A stretch of DNA of 61,468 bases from Acidimicrobiales bacterium. GTDB taxonomy: Bacteria; Actinomycetota; Acidimicrobiia; Acidimicrobiales; SZUA-35. A model generated the notes under the pieces. It worked only from the letters and a program-made list of their open reading frames with translations. It was not told the DNA's origin and ran no database searches. Shown piece by piece: positions 1-10,126 of the stretch (the first letter of the stretch is position 1; each line of letters starts with the position of its first letter). Position numbers and translations under genes: made by a program. Where the stretch lies: assembly GCA_047971245.1 (NCBI GenBank), contig JBKDZN010000165.1:1-61468 (forward strand), written 5' to 3'.

Positions 1-1
1 C

Positions 2-1786
2 GTCGGCCAGCAACTGTTGGTGCTCGAAGCCATGAAGATGGAGCACGTGATCGCGGCCACCGAAGCCGGGTTCGTCCGGTCGGTCAACGTCGAGGTGGGC
101 GACACCATCTTCGAACAGCACCCCCTGGTGTTCGTGGAACCGGCCGACGTCGCCGGCCTGGTCGACGCGGCCACCGCCGACACCGTCGACCTCGACCACA
201 TCCGCCCCGACCTGGCCCAGATCATCGAACGGCACCGGGTCGCCCTCGACGGCGCCCGGCCCGAGGCGGTGGCCAAACGGCGCCGCACCGGGCAGCGCAC
301 GGCCCGGGAGAACGTCGACGACCTGTGCGACGACGGCAGCTTCGTCGAGCACGGCAGCCTCGTGCTGACGCCGGGCACCGGCCTCCCCGTCGACGAGGTC
401 ATCCGCAAGTTCCCGACCGACGGGATGATCAGCGGGGTGGGCAGCGTCAACGGTGACCGGTTCGGGCCGGACCGGTCCCGGACCGTGGTGTGCGCCTACG
501 ACTACACCGTGCTGGCCGGCACCCAGGGGGCGCTCAACCATCCCAAAACCGACCGGATGCTGGAGATCGCCAAGGCCTGGCGGCTCCCCCTGGTGTTCTT
601 CACCGAGGGCGGCGGCGGCCGGGCCGGCACCGGTGGGAACCGGACCGGGAAGCGGGGGTCGGAACCGTCGTCGGGCGGGTTCCTGTCCCGACCCCTCGTC
701 ACCCCCACCTTCACCTCGATGGCCCAGCTCAACGGGCTGGTGCCCACCGTGGCCATCAACTCCGGGTACTGCTTCGCCGGGAACGCCGCCATCCTCGGGG
801 CGTGCGACGTGGTCATCGCCACCGAGGACTCCAACATCGGGATGGGCGGCCCGGCCATGATCGAGGGTGGCGGCCTCGGGGTGTTCTCACCCGACGAGGT
901 CGGCCCCATCGACGTCCAGGTCCGCAGCGGGGTCGTCGACGTCCGGGTGGCCGACGAGGCCGAAGCGGTGGCGGTCGCCAAACAGTACCTGTCGTATTTC
1001 CAGGGCCCGCTCGACACCTGGGACCATGCCGACCAGCGGACCCTCCGGTCGATCGTGCCCGAGAACCGGTTGCGGACCTACGAGATCCGGGACGTCATCC
1101 ACGGCCTGGCCGACACCGGGTCGGTCCTGGAGCTGCGGCACGGGTTCGGCCTCGGCATGGTGACCGCCCTGGCCCGGGTGGAGGGCCGCCCCGTCGGGGT
1201 GGTGGCCAACGACCCCAACCACCTGGCCGGGGCCATCGACTCCGAGGGTTCCGACAAGGCAGCCCGGTTCCTCCAGCTGTGCGATGCGTTCGACCTGCCG
1301 GTCCTGGTGCTGTGCGACACCCCGGGGATCATGGTCGGCCCCGAGGTGGAGAAGACCGGCCTGGTGCGGCACTGCAACCGGCTGTTCATCACCGGGGCCA
1401 ACCTGCGGGTCCCCATGTTCATGGTGGTGACCCGCAAGGCGTACGGGCTGGGCGCCCTGGCCATGGCGGGCGGGTCGGTGAGCGAGCCCCTGTTCTGCGT
1501 GGCCTGGCCGTCGGGCGAGTTCGCCGGGATGGGCCTGGAAGGCCAGATCAAGCTGGGGTACCGCAACGAGCTCCAGCGGATCGACGACCCGGTGGAACGC
1601 AAGGCCCGGTTCGACCACCTGGTCGCCGAGGCCTACGAGCGGAGCAAGGCCATCCACCAGGGGGTCGTGTTCGGCATCGACGACGTGATCGACCCGGCCG
1701 ACACCCGCCACTGGCTCCTCAACGGGCTCCGCTCCGTGGCCAACCGGCCCCGCGACGACCGTCCCCGCCGCGTCGACGTGTGGTAA
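2..1786 (+). CDS. Multidomain acyl-CoA carboxylase, biotin-carrier plus carboxyltransferase domains (5'-truncated by window edge)
   Basis: Frame is open from position 2 (VGQQLLVLEAMKME). Biotinylation motif AMKM, then CT motifs (DYTVLAGTQG, GMGGPAMIEGGG, DTPGIMVGP, RKAYGLG). Confidence 0.9.
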   Translation, partial: VGQQLLVLEAMKMEHVIAATEAGFVRSVNVEVGDTIFEQHPLVFVEPADVAGLVDAATADTVDLDHIRPDLAQIIERHRVALDGARPEAVAKRRRTGQRTARENVDDLCDDGSFVEHGSLVLTPGTGLPVDEVIRKFPTDGMISGVGSVNGDRFGPDRSRTVVCAYDYTVLAGTQGALNHPKTDRMLEIAKAWRLPLVFFTEGGGGRAGTGGNRTGKRGSEPSSGGFLSRPLVTPTFTSMAQLNGLVPTVAINSGYCFAGNAAILGACDVVIATEDSNIGMGGPAMIEGGGLGVFSPDEVGPIDVQVRSGVVDVRVADEAEAVAVAKQYLSYFQGPLDTWDHADQRTLRSIVPENRLRTYEIRDVIHGLADTGSVLELRHGFGLGMVTALARVEGRPVGVVANDPNHLAGAIDSEGSDKAARFLQLCDAFDLPVLVLCDTPGIMVGPEVEKTGLVRHCNRLFITGANLRVPMFMVVTRKAYGLGALAMAGGSVSEPLFCVAWPSGEFAGMGLEGQIKLGYRNELQRIDDPVERKARFDHLVAEAYERSKAIHQGVVFGIDDVIDPADTRHWLLNGLRSVANRPRDDRPRRVDVW

Positions 1787-2519
1787 CCGGCCGGGCGGGC
1801 CGGCGGTGCCGGTCGGCCGCCAACCGGAGGCCCGCGGTGGCCGCCAGGCCGGCGGCCGCCCACGGTGCCCCGTAGGTGACGGTCCGGATCATCCCGAACC
1901 GGCGCAGGATGGTGGCCCGGTCGTTGAGGCAGGGGAACGGCTCGTCGGGCACCGCCACCCCGAGGAACCCGCACAGGGGTTCCCAGCCGTCGGCCACGTC
2001 GAACACGAGGAGCCGGTCGGCGGGTACCGCGGCGACCACCTCGGCCGTGCGGGCCTGGTAGATCTCGATGGCCCGGTCCCGGTCCTCGAACCGGCCCTCG
2101 AACAACCCGTCCCAGATGAGCCCGTTGGTCACGGTCACGGCCTGATCGACGAACGGCGATACCCGACGCACCCACGGGGCGATCATGGTCCGCAGCGGAT
2201 AGATGGTGGCCCGGGTGCTCTCGTACCACCGCTCCGGGTCGCGCACGGTGTGGAGGATCCTGGCGTCGGGGAACGCGGCCCACAGTTCCCGCCAGATCGT
2301 CGCCCCCGGGAAATCGACCTGGCTGCGGTAGCCGGCGAAGGCGGCGGCCCAGTCGACCGGTTCACCCCGCAGGTGGGCGGCGTAGTGGCGGAACTGGCCG
2401 GGATGCCGGATCGCCTCGTACATATGGTGACACGGCCCGAACCCCAGCCGTTCCAGGGCATGCTTGGTGGACAGGGTCCCGGTACGCCCGAACCCCGTTC
2501 CGATGACCTCCATGCTCAC
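1719..2519 (-). CDS. Sulfotransferase-family protein (Sulfotransfer_4-like); start may be ATG 2513
   Basis: N-terminal VIGTGFGRTGTLS P-loop; GFGPCHHM, HTVRDPERWYES, GWEPLCGFLG, PFPCLN are typical of this family. Confidence 0.85.
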   Translation of the reverse strand: MSMEVIGTGFGRTGTLSTKHALERLGFGPCHHMYEAIRHPGQFRHYAAHLRGEPVDWAAAFAGYRSQVDFPGATIWRELWAAFPDARILHTVRDPERWYESTRATIYPLRTMIAPWVRRVSPFVDQAVTVTNGLIWDGLFEGRFEDRDRAIEIYQARTAEVVAAVPADRLLVFDVADGWEPLCGFLGVAVPDEPFPCLNDRATILRRFGMIRTVTYGAPWAAAGLAATAGLRLAADRHRRPARPVTTRRRGGDGRRGAGWPRSGAR

Positions 2520-2657
2520 CCCCTCCGATCGGCCGGTGGGGCCCCGGGTTGAATCCGGGCCTCCACCCGCCCCCGGCGGGGATCAACCGATGGGATGACC
2601 CCGGATCAGTCCGACCGGCGATCCGGGGCGATCCGCCGGTCACCTAGATTGGGTCCG

Positions 2658-3887
2658 ATGGCCGCCCCCGCCCCACCCCACCGGTTCCGGTGGCCCGCCC
2701 CGATCGACGTCGGCCTGGCCGCCTGCCTGGCCGCCATCTCGGTCCTGGTGGCCGTCCAGGCCCAGGCCGGGGGCAGCCCCGGGGCGGAAGCGCCCACCAC
2801 CTGGTGGGCGTGGATCCTGGTGGTCCTCCCCTCGGTCGCGGTCGCCTTCCGCCGCCGGGCCCCCCTGGCCGCCACGGTGGTGGCGGTCGTCGGCCAGATG
2901 CTGATCTGGGGCCTCGACCTGACCGAGGTGTTCGTGGCCCCGCTCGTCCTGATGTACTCGGCGGCCGCGGTGGGGGGCCGAAGGGGCCTCCGGGTCAGCA
3001 TCCTCGCCGGGGTGGCCCTCACCGCGATGACCGCCGTCGGGCTCACCCGCGCCCCCGACGTCAACGCCGACCTGCTTCTGCTCACCGCTCTGTCGTCGGC
3101 GGTGGCGGTCACCCTCGGGGTGAACGCCGCCAACCAGCAGGCGGCATCCGGCCGCCTGGCCGCCGATCTGGCCGTGGCCGAGCTCAGCCGGGACGCCGCC
3201 CAGGAGTCGGCGGTGGCCCGGGAACGGGAACGGATCGCCCGGGAGCTCCACGACCTCGTCGGCCACTCCCTGGCCGTGATCGCCGTCCAGGCCGAGGCGG
3301 CCCAACGGCTCGGCGAGGACAAGCCGGGCGACGCCCGGGACGTGGTGGTCGCCATCGGGGACACCGCCCGCCGGTCCCTGGCCGAGGTGCGCCGGGTCCT
3401 CCACGCCGGTTTCGGTGACGCGGAGGCCGATTTCCGCCCCGGAACCGGCCTCGTCGACCTGCCGGAACTGGTCGACCGGGTCGCCGCGTCCGGGGTGGCC
3501 GTCCGGCTGGAGGTCACCGGCCCGGTCGCCCCGGGCGACGTCGACGCCGCCACCGGGGCCGGGATCTACCTGATCGTCCAGGAAGCCCTCACCAACGTCA
3601 TCAAACACGCAGGCCCGCGGACAGCGGCGGCCGTCACCGTCACCGTGGAGGTCGACGAGGTGCGGGTCGAGGTCGTCGACGCCGGCCGGGGCCCCGGGGA
3701 CACCGACGGTCCCCAACCCCGGACCGGTATGGGGCTGGTCGGGAGGACCGAACGGGCCCGGTTCCTGGGCGGCGCCCTCGACGCCGGGGCCAACACCGGC
3801 GGCGGGTTCCGGGTCCGAGCCACCCTGCCCCACCACGGGCCCCCGACCGTCCCCCAGGCCACCCCCACCCGAGGAGAACCGCGATGA
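2658..3887 (+). CDS. Membrane sensor histidine kinase (HisKA_3 type)
   Basis: Several TM helices; H-box ERERIARELHDLVGHSL; N-box VQEALTNVIKHA; ATGA overlap with the response regulator. Confidence 0.93.
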   Translation: MAAPAPPHRFRWPAPIDVGLAACLAAISVLVAVQAQAGGSPGAEAPTTWWAWILVVLPSVAVAFRRRAPLAATVVAVVGQMLIWGLDLTEVFVAPLVLMYSAAAVGGRRGLRVSILAGVALTAMTAVGLTRAPDVNADLLLLTALSSAVAVTLGVNAANQQAASGRLAADLAVAELSRDAAQESAVARERERIARELHDLVGHSLAVIAVQAEAAQRLGEDKPGDARDVVVAIGDTARRSLAEVRRVLHAGFGDAEADFRPGTGLVDLPELVDRVAASGVAVRLEVTGPVAPGDVDAATGAGIYLIVQEALTNVIKHAGPRTAAAVTVTVEVDEVRVEVVDAGRGPGDTDGPQPRTGMGLVGRTERARFLGGALDAGANTGGGFRVRATLPHHGPPTVPQATPTRGEPR

Positions 3888-4549
3888 TCCGTGTCGCCCT
3901 GGTCGACGATTCCGACATGATCCGCACCGGGTTCCGGTTGATCATCGACCACGAGGCCGACATGACCGTCGTCGGTGAGGCCACCACCGGCCGGGAGGCC
4001 GTCGAGCTGTGCCGGACCCGGCGGATCGACGTCGCCCTCATGGACATCCGCATGCCCGACCTCGACGGCCTGGCCGCCACCGAGCTGATCCTGACCGAAC
4101 CAGACCCGCCCCGGGTGGTGGTGCTCACCACCTTCGGTCTCGACGACTACGTCACCCGGGCCATCGAGGTCGGCGCCTCCGGCTTCCTGCTCAAGGACGC
4201 CTCGGCCGACACCCTCGTCGACGCCATCCGGGCCGTCGCCGCCGGCGACAACGTCCTCGCCCCGGCCGTCACCCGTCTGGTGGTCGAGCAGGCCCGCCGG
4301 GGCGGCCCGACCCACCCGGCCGACGTGCCCGGCATCGCCGAGCTGACCGACCGGGAACGCGAGGTGTTGGAACAGCTCGCCCTCGGCCGGTCCAACGCCG
4401 AGATCGCCGAGGCCCTGTTCCTCAGCGAGGCGACGATCAAGACCCATGTGGGCCGGGTCCTCACCAAGCTCGGGGTCCGCGACCGGGTCCAGGCCGTCAT
4501 CGCCGCCTTCCGGGCCGGGGTGGCCGACCCCGGTCAGCCCTTCGGATGA
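3884..4549 (+). CDS. NarL/LuxR-family response regulator
   Basis: Receiver VALVDD, LMDIRMP, GFLLKD; C-terminal LTDRERE...GRSNAEIA...TIKTHV HTH. Confidence 0.95.
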   Translation: MIRVALVDDSDMIRTGFRLIIDHEADMTVVGEATTGREAVELCRTRRIDVALMDIRMPDLDGLAATELILTEPDPPRVVVLTTFGLDDYVTRAIEVGASGFLLKDASADTLVDAIRAVAAGDNVLAPAVTRLVVEQARRGGPTHPADVPGIAELTDREREVLEQLALGRSNAEIAEALFLSEATIKTHVGRVLTKLGVRDRVQAVIAAFRAGVADPGQPFG

Positions 4550-4657
4550 CCTGAACAGGACCTGCGGGCGATTCGCCTGGTCAGGGTGGGTACCTACGGT
4601 TGGATCAAGCCTCCCCGGGCCGCACCCGCGGCCCGGTTCCACCCCGAGGAGCTGATC

Positions 4658-5425
4658 GTGCCCCAGACCGCGACCCCCACATCCGCCCCGCCCGCGGCCC
4701 GGACCGCCGCCGCCCGGGCCTGCGCGGCCACCAAGATCTACGGTGCCGACGACCTCGCGGTCACCGCCCTGGACCGGGTCGACCTCGACCTCGCCCCCGG
4801 CGCGCTCACCGCCATCATGGGCCCGTCCGGGTCGGGGAAGTCGACCCTGCTGCACACCATGGCCGGCCTCGACCGGCTCAGCTCCGGGTCGGTGTTCATC
4901 GGCGACACCGACCTCGGCGAACTCGACGAGCGCCGCCTCACCGAACTGCGCCGCGACCGGATCGGTTTCGTGTTCCAGGCCTTCAACCTGGTCCCGATGC
5001 TCACCGTCGAGGAGAACGTCCGCCTCCCCCTCACCCTGGCCCGGCGGAAACCGGATGCGGCCTGGCTCGACCATGTGCTGGGAACGGTGGCCCTCGCCGA
5101 CCGCCGACACCACCGCCCCGGGGAACTGTCGGGCGGTCAACGGCAGCGGGTGGCGGTGGCCCGGGCGTTGGCGTCACGGCCCGAGGTCGTGTTCGCCGAC
5201 GAACCCACCGGCGCCCTCGATCGCGCCTCGGCCGCGGATGTGCTCGGCCTGCTCCGCGGGGCGGCCCGGGAGGGCGGCCAGACCGTGGCCATGGTCACCC
5301 ACGACCCGGTGGCCGCGGCGTACGCCGGCCGGGTCGTGTTCCTGGCCGACGGTCGGGTCGTGGCCGACATGGCCGACCCCACCGTCGAGTCCGTCCTCGA
5401 CACCATGAAGCAGCTGGAGGTCTGA
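4658..5425 (+). CDS. ABC transporter ATP-binding protein (LolD/MacB-like)
   Basis: GPSGSGKS, LSGGQRQRV, FADEPTGALD, VTHD; GAGGAG RBS before GTG 4658. Confidence 0.93.
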   Translation: MPQTATPTSAPPAARTAAARACAATKIYGADDLAVTALDRVDLDLAPGALTAIMGPSGSGKSTLLHTMAGLDRLSSGSVFIGDTDLGELDERRLTELRRDRIGFVFQAFNLVPMLTVEENVRLPLTLARRKPDAAWLDHVLGTVALADRRHHRPGELSGGQRQRVAVARALASRPEVVFADEPTGALDRASAADVLGLLRGAAREGGQTVAMVTHDPVAAAYAGRVVFLADGRVVADMADPTVESVLDTMKQLEV

Positions 5426-5431
5426 TCGATC

Positions 5432-7831
5432 ATGTTGTCCTTGATCCTGCGGTCGGTACGAGCCCACCGCTCCCGCCTCACCCTCACCATGGTCGCCGTG
5501 GCGGCCGCGGTCAGTTTCGTCACCGCCAGTTTCGTCCTCGCCGACTCGCTCCGGGCCGTATTCGACGACCTGGCCGACAACATCTACGACGGCGTCGACG
5601 CCGAGATCCGGGCCGGTGAAGGCACCTTCGACATCGCCGACACCGGGGAACGGTTCCCCGAGACCGCCCTCGGCCCGCTCGGCGCCGTCGATGGGGTGGC
5701 CTCCGTCGGCCCCTCGCTCGGTGGGTCCAACGCGGTGCTGGTCCTGGACGCCGACGGCCAGCCGGTGCGCCAGGTCGGTCCGCCCACCCTCGTTTTCTCC
5801 GAGGCCGGCGACCCGGCCCTGTCCCCGTTCACCATCCTCACCGGCCACGCCCCCGGTCCGAGCGAGGTCATGCTCGACCAGGCCCAGGCGGACACCCTGG
5901 GTGTGGCCATCGGCGACCTGGTGCCGGTGATCGGTCCGTCAGGGCCGGAGACGTTCACGCTGTCGGGGACCGTCCTGTTCGGCAACGCCGGATCGGCCAT
6001 CTCCCCCTACTTCCTGCTGTTCGACCTGCCCACCACCCAGCGGCTGCTCGACGCCCCCGGCCTGGTCGACAGCGCCTCGGTGGTCCTCGACGACGGCGTC
6101 GGTTTCGACGAGGTGCGTCCGGCGATCGAGGCCGCCCTGCCCGACGGCCTGATCGTCGTCGACCAGGGCACCCTGATCGACGAGCAGAACGCCGAGTTCG
6201 GGGGGATCATCGACCTGATCGGCACCGGCCTGCTCGTCTTCGCCGGCCTCACCCTGTTCGTGTCCACGTTCGTGATCGCCAACACCTTCGCCGTCCTCGT
6301 CGGCCAGGACCGCCGCCAGATCGGTCTGTTGCGGGCGGTGGGCGCCCGCCGGGGCCAGGCCGTCACCATCGTGGTGGCCGAAGCCGCCCTCGTCGGCCTC
6401 ATCGCGTCGGTGGTCGGCCTGGTTGCCGGAGTCGGCGTGGCCGAGGGGCTCAAGGCCCTGGTCGGGGCGGTCAGCGGGGGCGGTTTCCCCGAGGGCCCCA
6501 CCCTGATCCTGGCCCGCACCGTGATCGCCGCCCTGGCGGTCGGGGTCGGGGTGACCGTGGTGGCGGCCCTCATCCCGGCCCGGCGGGCCGGATCGGTGGC
6601 CCCGCTGGTGGCCATGCGAGCCGACGCCGACGCCGGGACCTCCGCTGCGGGGACCGGCCGGCTCGCGGTTGGGGTACAACGCCTGCTCGGCGCCACCCTC
6701 GGCCGGCTGGGCCCGGCCGGTCAGGTGGCCGCCACCGGGGTGGCCCGCAACCCGCGCCGGGTGATCACCACATCGATGTCGATGATCGTCGGCCTGGCCG
6801 TCATCGCCGCCGTCGCCGTGCTCGCTTCCTCGTATGGGGCCACCGTGCGGGACCTCGCGGACCGGGGCCTGGAGGCCGACGCGATCATCCTCGAGGAGGA
6901 CTTCGGGCCGGTGGCCTACACCGCCGTCGACGAGCTGCTGGCCCGGCCCGAGGTGGCGGCCGCCTCCGGGTACGGGGTCACCGAGGTCCGCCACGACGGT
7001 GAGGTGATCGACATCGGCGGGTTCCAGTCGTCGCATGCCGCCGGGGTGGTCGTGTTCGACACCGTCGAGGGGACGGCCGGGCCGTTGAGCATGGAGGACG
7101 CGTACGTGTCCGACGACTTCGCCCGGGTCAACCAGATCGGGGTGGGGGACACCACGACCGTCGAGTTCAGCGACGGGTTCCTGGCCGACCTGACGGTCCG
7201 GGCCGTGGTGGAACCCGCCGCCCTGATCGACGCCCCGGTGGTGGTGGACGCCGGCCTGGTGGCCGAACACGCCCGCAACACCGACGCCGACATCGCCGTG
7301 GTCCGCTTCGCTGACGGGGTGACCGAGCGCGAGGGCCTGGCCGCGATCGACGAGGCGTTCGCCGCCCGGCCACAGCTGGCCGTCCAGACCGTCGACGAGT
7401 ACGTCGCCGACCTGGAGGCCGAGACCCAACAGCTGCTGATGGTGGCCAACGGGCTGCTGGCCCTGACGATCGTGGTCGCCCTCACCGGGATCGCCAATAC
7501 CGTCGCCCTCAACCTGATCGAGCGCCGATCCGAGCTCGGCCTGCTGCGGGCCGTGGGCATGTCCCGGCGGCAGGTGCGGCGCATGGTCCGCTACGAGGCG
7601 TTCGCCCTGTCGGGGTTCGGGGCGCTGGTCGGGGTGACGGTCGGGGTGGTGATCGGGATGGCCGCCATCCCGTTCCTGCCCGACACGATCGTCGGGTCGG
7701 TGCGGATCCCGGTCGGGTCGCTCACTGCGTACGTGGCGGTGTGCATCGTGTTCGGGGTGCTAGCCGCCGCCGTCCCGGCCCGGCGGGCGGCCCGGCTCGA
7801 TATCCTCGACGCCATCGAGGATCCGGCCTGA
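5432..7831 (+). CDS. FtsX-like ABC exporter permease (duplicated FtsX domains)
   Basis: Two extracytoplasmic domains, each followed by R.. (I/L)GLLRAVG motifs and TM bundles; follows the ATPase. Confidence 0.9.
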   Translation: MLSLILRSVRAHRSRLTLTMVAVAAAVSFVTASFVLADSLRAVFDDLADNIYDGVDAEIRAGEGTFDIADTGERFPETALGPLGAVDGVASVGPSLGGSNAVLVLDADGQPVRQVGPPTLVFSEAGDPALSPFTILTGHAPGPSEVMLDQAQADTLGVAIGDLVPVIGPSGPETFTLSGTVLFGNAGSAISPYFLLFDLPTTQRLLDAPGLVDSASVVLDDGVGFDEVRPAIEAALPDGLIVVDQGTLIDEQNAEFGGIIDLIGTGLLVFAGLTLFVSTFVIANTFAVLVGQDRRQIGLLRAVGARRGQAVTIVVAEAALVGLIASVVGLVAGVGVAEGLKALVGAVSGGGFPEGPTLILARTVIAALAVGVGVTVVAALIPARRAGSVAPLVAMRADADAGTSAAGTGRLAVGVQRLLGATLGRLGPAGQVAATGVARNPRRVITTSMSMIVGLAVIAAVAVLASSYGATVRDLADRGLEADAIILEEDFGPVAYTAVDELLARPEVAAASGYGVTEVRHDGEVIDIGGFQSSHAAGVVVFDTVEGTAGPLSMEDAYVSDDFARVNQIGVGDTTTVEFSDGFLADLTVRAVVEPAALIDAPVVVDAGLVAEHARNTDADIAVVRFADGVTEREGLAAIDEAFAARPQLAVQTVDEYVADLEAETQQLLMVANGLLALTIVVALTGIANTVALNLIERRSELGLLRAVGMSRRQVRRMVRYEAFALSGFGALVGVTVGVVIGMAAIPFLPDTIVGSVRIPVGSLTAYVAVCIVFGVLAAAVPARRAARLDILDAIEDPA

Positions 7832-7863
7832 GCCCGGACCCGGGCCCCGGCCCGGCCGGTGGG

Positions 7864-8535
7864 TCAGGGGGCGAACCGTGGGGGCTGCCGGGCCACGAAC
7901 TGGGCCTTGGCGGCCCGGCCGCCCGGGTTCCCGGCGATGGCGTGGGCCACCTCGGCGGCCCGTTCCGCCAGGGCGGCCGGTTCGATCAGCTCGCTGACCA
8001 GGCCGAGCCCGCCGGCCTCGGCCGCACCCATGATCCGGCCGGTCAGGCACAGGTCGCGGGCGATGGGCACCCCGAGGACGTCGGCCATCAGGTCGTAGGA
8101 GGCGGGGATGCCCCGCTTCACCTGGGGCTGGCCGAACGCGGCGTCGGGCGACGCGATCCGCAGATCACACAGCAGGGCCAGGTCGAACCCGCCGGCCACG
8201 GCCGGACCGCCGACCGCGGCCACCAGGGGCTTGGGGAAGGTGTGCAGGACGTGGTGGTAGTGGCGGGCGTCGGCGAACACGGCGGCCGGATCGGGGGCCT
8301 CGGCCAGTTCGGCCAGGTCGAACCCGGCGCAGAACGTGTCCCCGGTGGCGGTGAGCAGGACCGCCCCGATCGCCTCGTCGGCGGCCGCGGTGCCGAGGGC
8401 GGCCACCAGGTCGGCCCGGAGCCCCGCCGACAGGGCGTTGCGCTTGTCGGGCCGATCGAGGGTCAGGGTGCGCAACGGGCCGGCCGTGGCGGTCCGGAGG
8501 GGAGGCCCACCGGCAGGGGAGGGAGGCGTCGACAT
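7864..8535 (-). CDS. Enoyl-CoA hydratase/isomerase family protein
   Basis: LDRPDKRNAL, FCAGFDL, KPLVAAVGGPAVAGGFDLALLCDLRIA. Start set at ATG 8535 (TACTGT box 7 nt upstream). Confidence 0.88.
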   Translation of the reverse strand: MSTPPSPAGGPPLRTATAGPLRTLTLDRPDKRNALSAGLRADLVAALGTAAADEAIGAVLLTATGDTFCAGFDLAELAEAPDPAAVFADARHYHHVLHTFPKPLVAAVGGPAVAGGFDLALLCDLRIASPDAAFGQPQVKRGIPASYDLMADVLGVPIARDLCLTGRIMGAAEAGGLGLVSELIEPAALAERAAEVAHAIAGNPGGRAAKAQFVARQPPRFAP

Positions 8536-8599
8536 CGGGCCGACAGTAGTGAGGTCGTCCCGGGTCGGCGAAACGGTGGTGGTCGGTACGGTTCGAGGG

Positions 8600-9202
8600 A
8601 TGAACGACAACCGGTGGCTGCAACTCCTGGAAGACAACCCGGGCCATTCCTCCTGGTACATCGAACGGTTCCGGACCATGGCCGCCGAGGGGGCCGACCT
8701 GCACGGCGAGGCCCGCTTCGTCGACGCCATGGTGGGCCGCGAGGCCCGGGTCCTCGACGCCGGCTGCGGCCCGGGCCGGGTCGGCGGCCGCCTGGCCGCT
8801 CTCGGTCACACCGTGGTCGGCGTCGACCTCGACCCCCAACTCATCGCCGCGGCCGAGGCCGACCACCCGGGGCCCACCTGGCTGGTCGGTGACCTGTCGG
8901 TCCTCGACCTGCCCGCCGCCGGAGTAGCCGAGCCGTTCGACGTGATCGTCTCGGCCGGCAATGTGATGACCTTCCTCGATCCGGCCACCCGGGCCACGGT
9001 GCTGACCCGGCTCGCCGCCCATCTGGCCCCCGACGGCCGGATCGTGGTCGGGTTCGGATCCGGCCGGGGTTACGACTACGACGAGTTCTTCACCGATGTG
9101 GTCTCCGCCGGCCTGGGGGAACAGCTGCTGCTGTCCACCTGGGATCTCCGGCCGTTCGGTCCCGACGCCGACTTCCTGGTTGCCGTGCTCGGTCCCCGGT
9201 AG
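8600..9202 (+). CDS. Class I SAM-dependent methyltransferase
   Basis: VLDAGCGPG, VVGVDLD, FDVIVSAGNV motifs. Confidence 0.9.
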   Translation: MNDNRWLQLLEDNPGHSSWYIERFRTMAAEGADLHGEARFVDAMVGREARVLDAGCGPGRVGGRLAALGHTVVGVDLDPQLIAAAEADHPGPTWLVGDLSVLDLPAAGVAEPFDVIVSAGNVMTFLDPATRATVLTRLAAHLAPDGRIVVGFGSGRGYDYDEFFTDVVSAGLGEQLLLSTWDLRPFGPDADFLVAVLGPR

Positions 9203-9269
9203 GCGTGGGCCCCGGCGCCCCGCCCCGGCGGGTGACCGGGACGGCGCCGGTGGGGTAGCGTCACCGGCC

Positions 9270-10091
9270 ATGGCCTTCGCGGCGGTCAACGGCATCGACA
9301 TCTGCTACGAGGTGCACGGTGAGGGGCCCCGGGTGGTCCTGATCAGCGGTACCGGCGGCGACCTCCGCCAGAACCCGGCTCGTGACCGGCACCCCCTGGT
9401 GGCCGGTCATCAGGTGCTGATGTACGACCAGCGGGGTCTCGGGCGGACCACCAAGCCGGGCCCGGGCGACGAACCGCCCACCATGGCCGACTACGGTGAC
9501 GACGCGGCGGCCCTGATCGACCACCTGGGCTGGGGCCGGGCCCATGTGGTGGGGATCAGTTTCGGGGGCATGGTGGCCCAACATCTCGCCCTGCGGCACC
9601 CGGACCGGGTCGACCGCCTGGTCCTGGCGTGCACATCGTCGGGTGGTGCCGGCGGCGCCTCGTTCGACCTGCTCACCCTGGACGGCTTCGACCCCGACGA
9701 CCGGCTCCGCCGCCTGCTGCCGATCATGGACACCCGCAACGATCCCACCACCGACCCGCCCACGCTCGCCCCCGGCTTCGAACCGTTCCTCGCCGGGGTG
9801 GCCGGCGAGCGGCCCAACGCCGGGGAACCGGGCGCCGCGCTCGGGGCCCGCCGCCAGCTCGAGGCCCGGGCCGGGCACGACGTGTGGGCCGACCTGCCCC
9901 GCATCACCGCCCCCAGCCTGGTGATCGGCGGACGGTTCGACGGTCAGGCCCCACCGGTCAACGCCGCCCGCCTGGCCGACCGCATCCCGGGGGCGGAACG
10001 GGTGATGTTCGACGGCGGCCACCTGTTCCTGGCCCAGGACCGCACGGCGTGGCCGACCGTCGTCGGCTTCCTCTCCGGTCATCACCCGTAG
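9270..10091 (+). CDS. Alpha/beta hydrolase
   Basis: YDQRGLG, nucleophile elbow GISFGG, G..D acid, GGH catalytic His. Confidence 0.9.
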   Translation: MAFAAVNGIDICYEVHGEGPRVVLISGTGGDLRQNPARDRHPLVAGHQVLMYDQRGLGRTTKPGPGDEPPTMADYGDDAAALIDHLGWGRAHVVGISFGGMVAQHLALRHPDRVDRLVLACTSSGGAGGASFDLLTLDGFDPDDRLRRLLPIMDTRNDPTTDPPTLAPGFEPFLAGVAGERPNAGEPGAALGARRQLEARAGHDVWADLPRITAPSLVIGGRFDGQAPPVNAARLADRIPGAERVMFDGGHLFLAQDRTAWPTVVGFLSGHHP

Positions 10092-10126
10092 GGTGGACCG
10101 ACACCCGACCAGGAGGAATATCGGTC

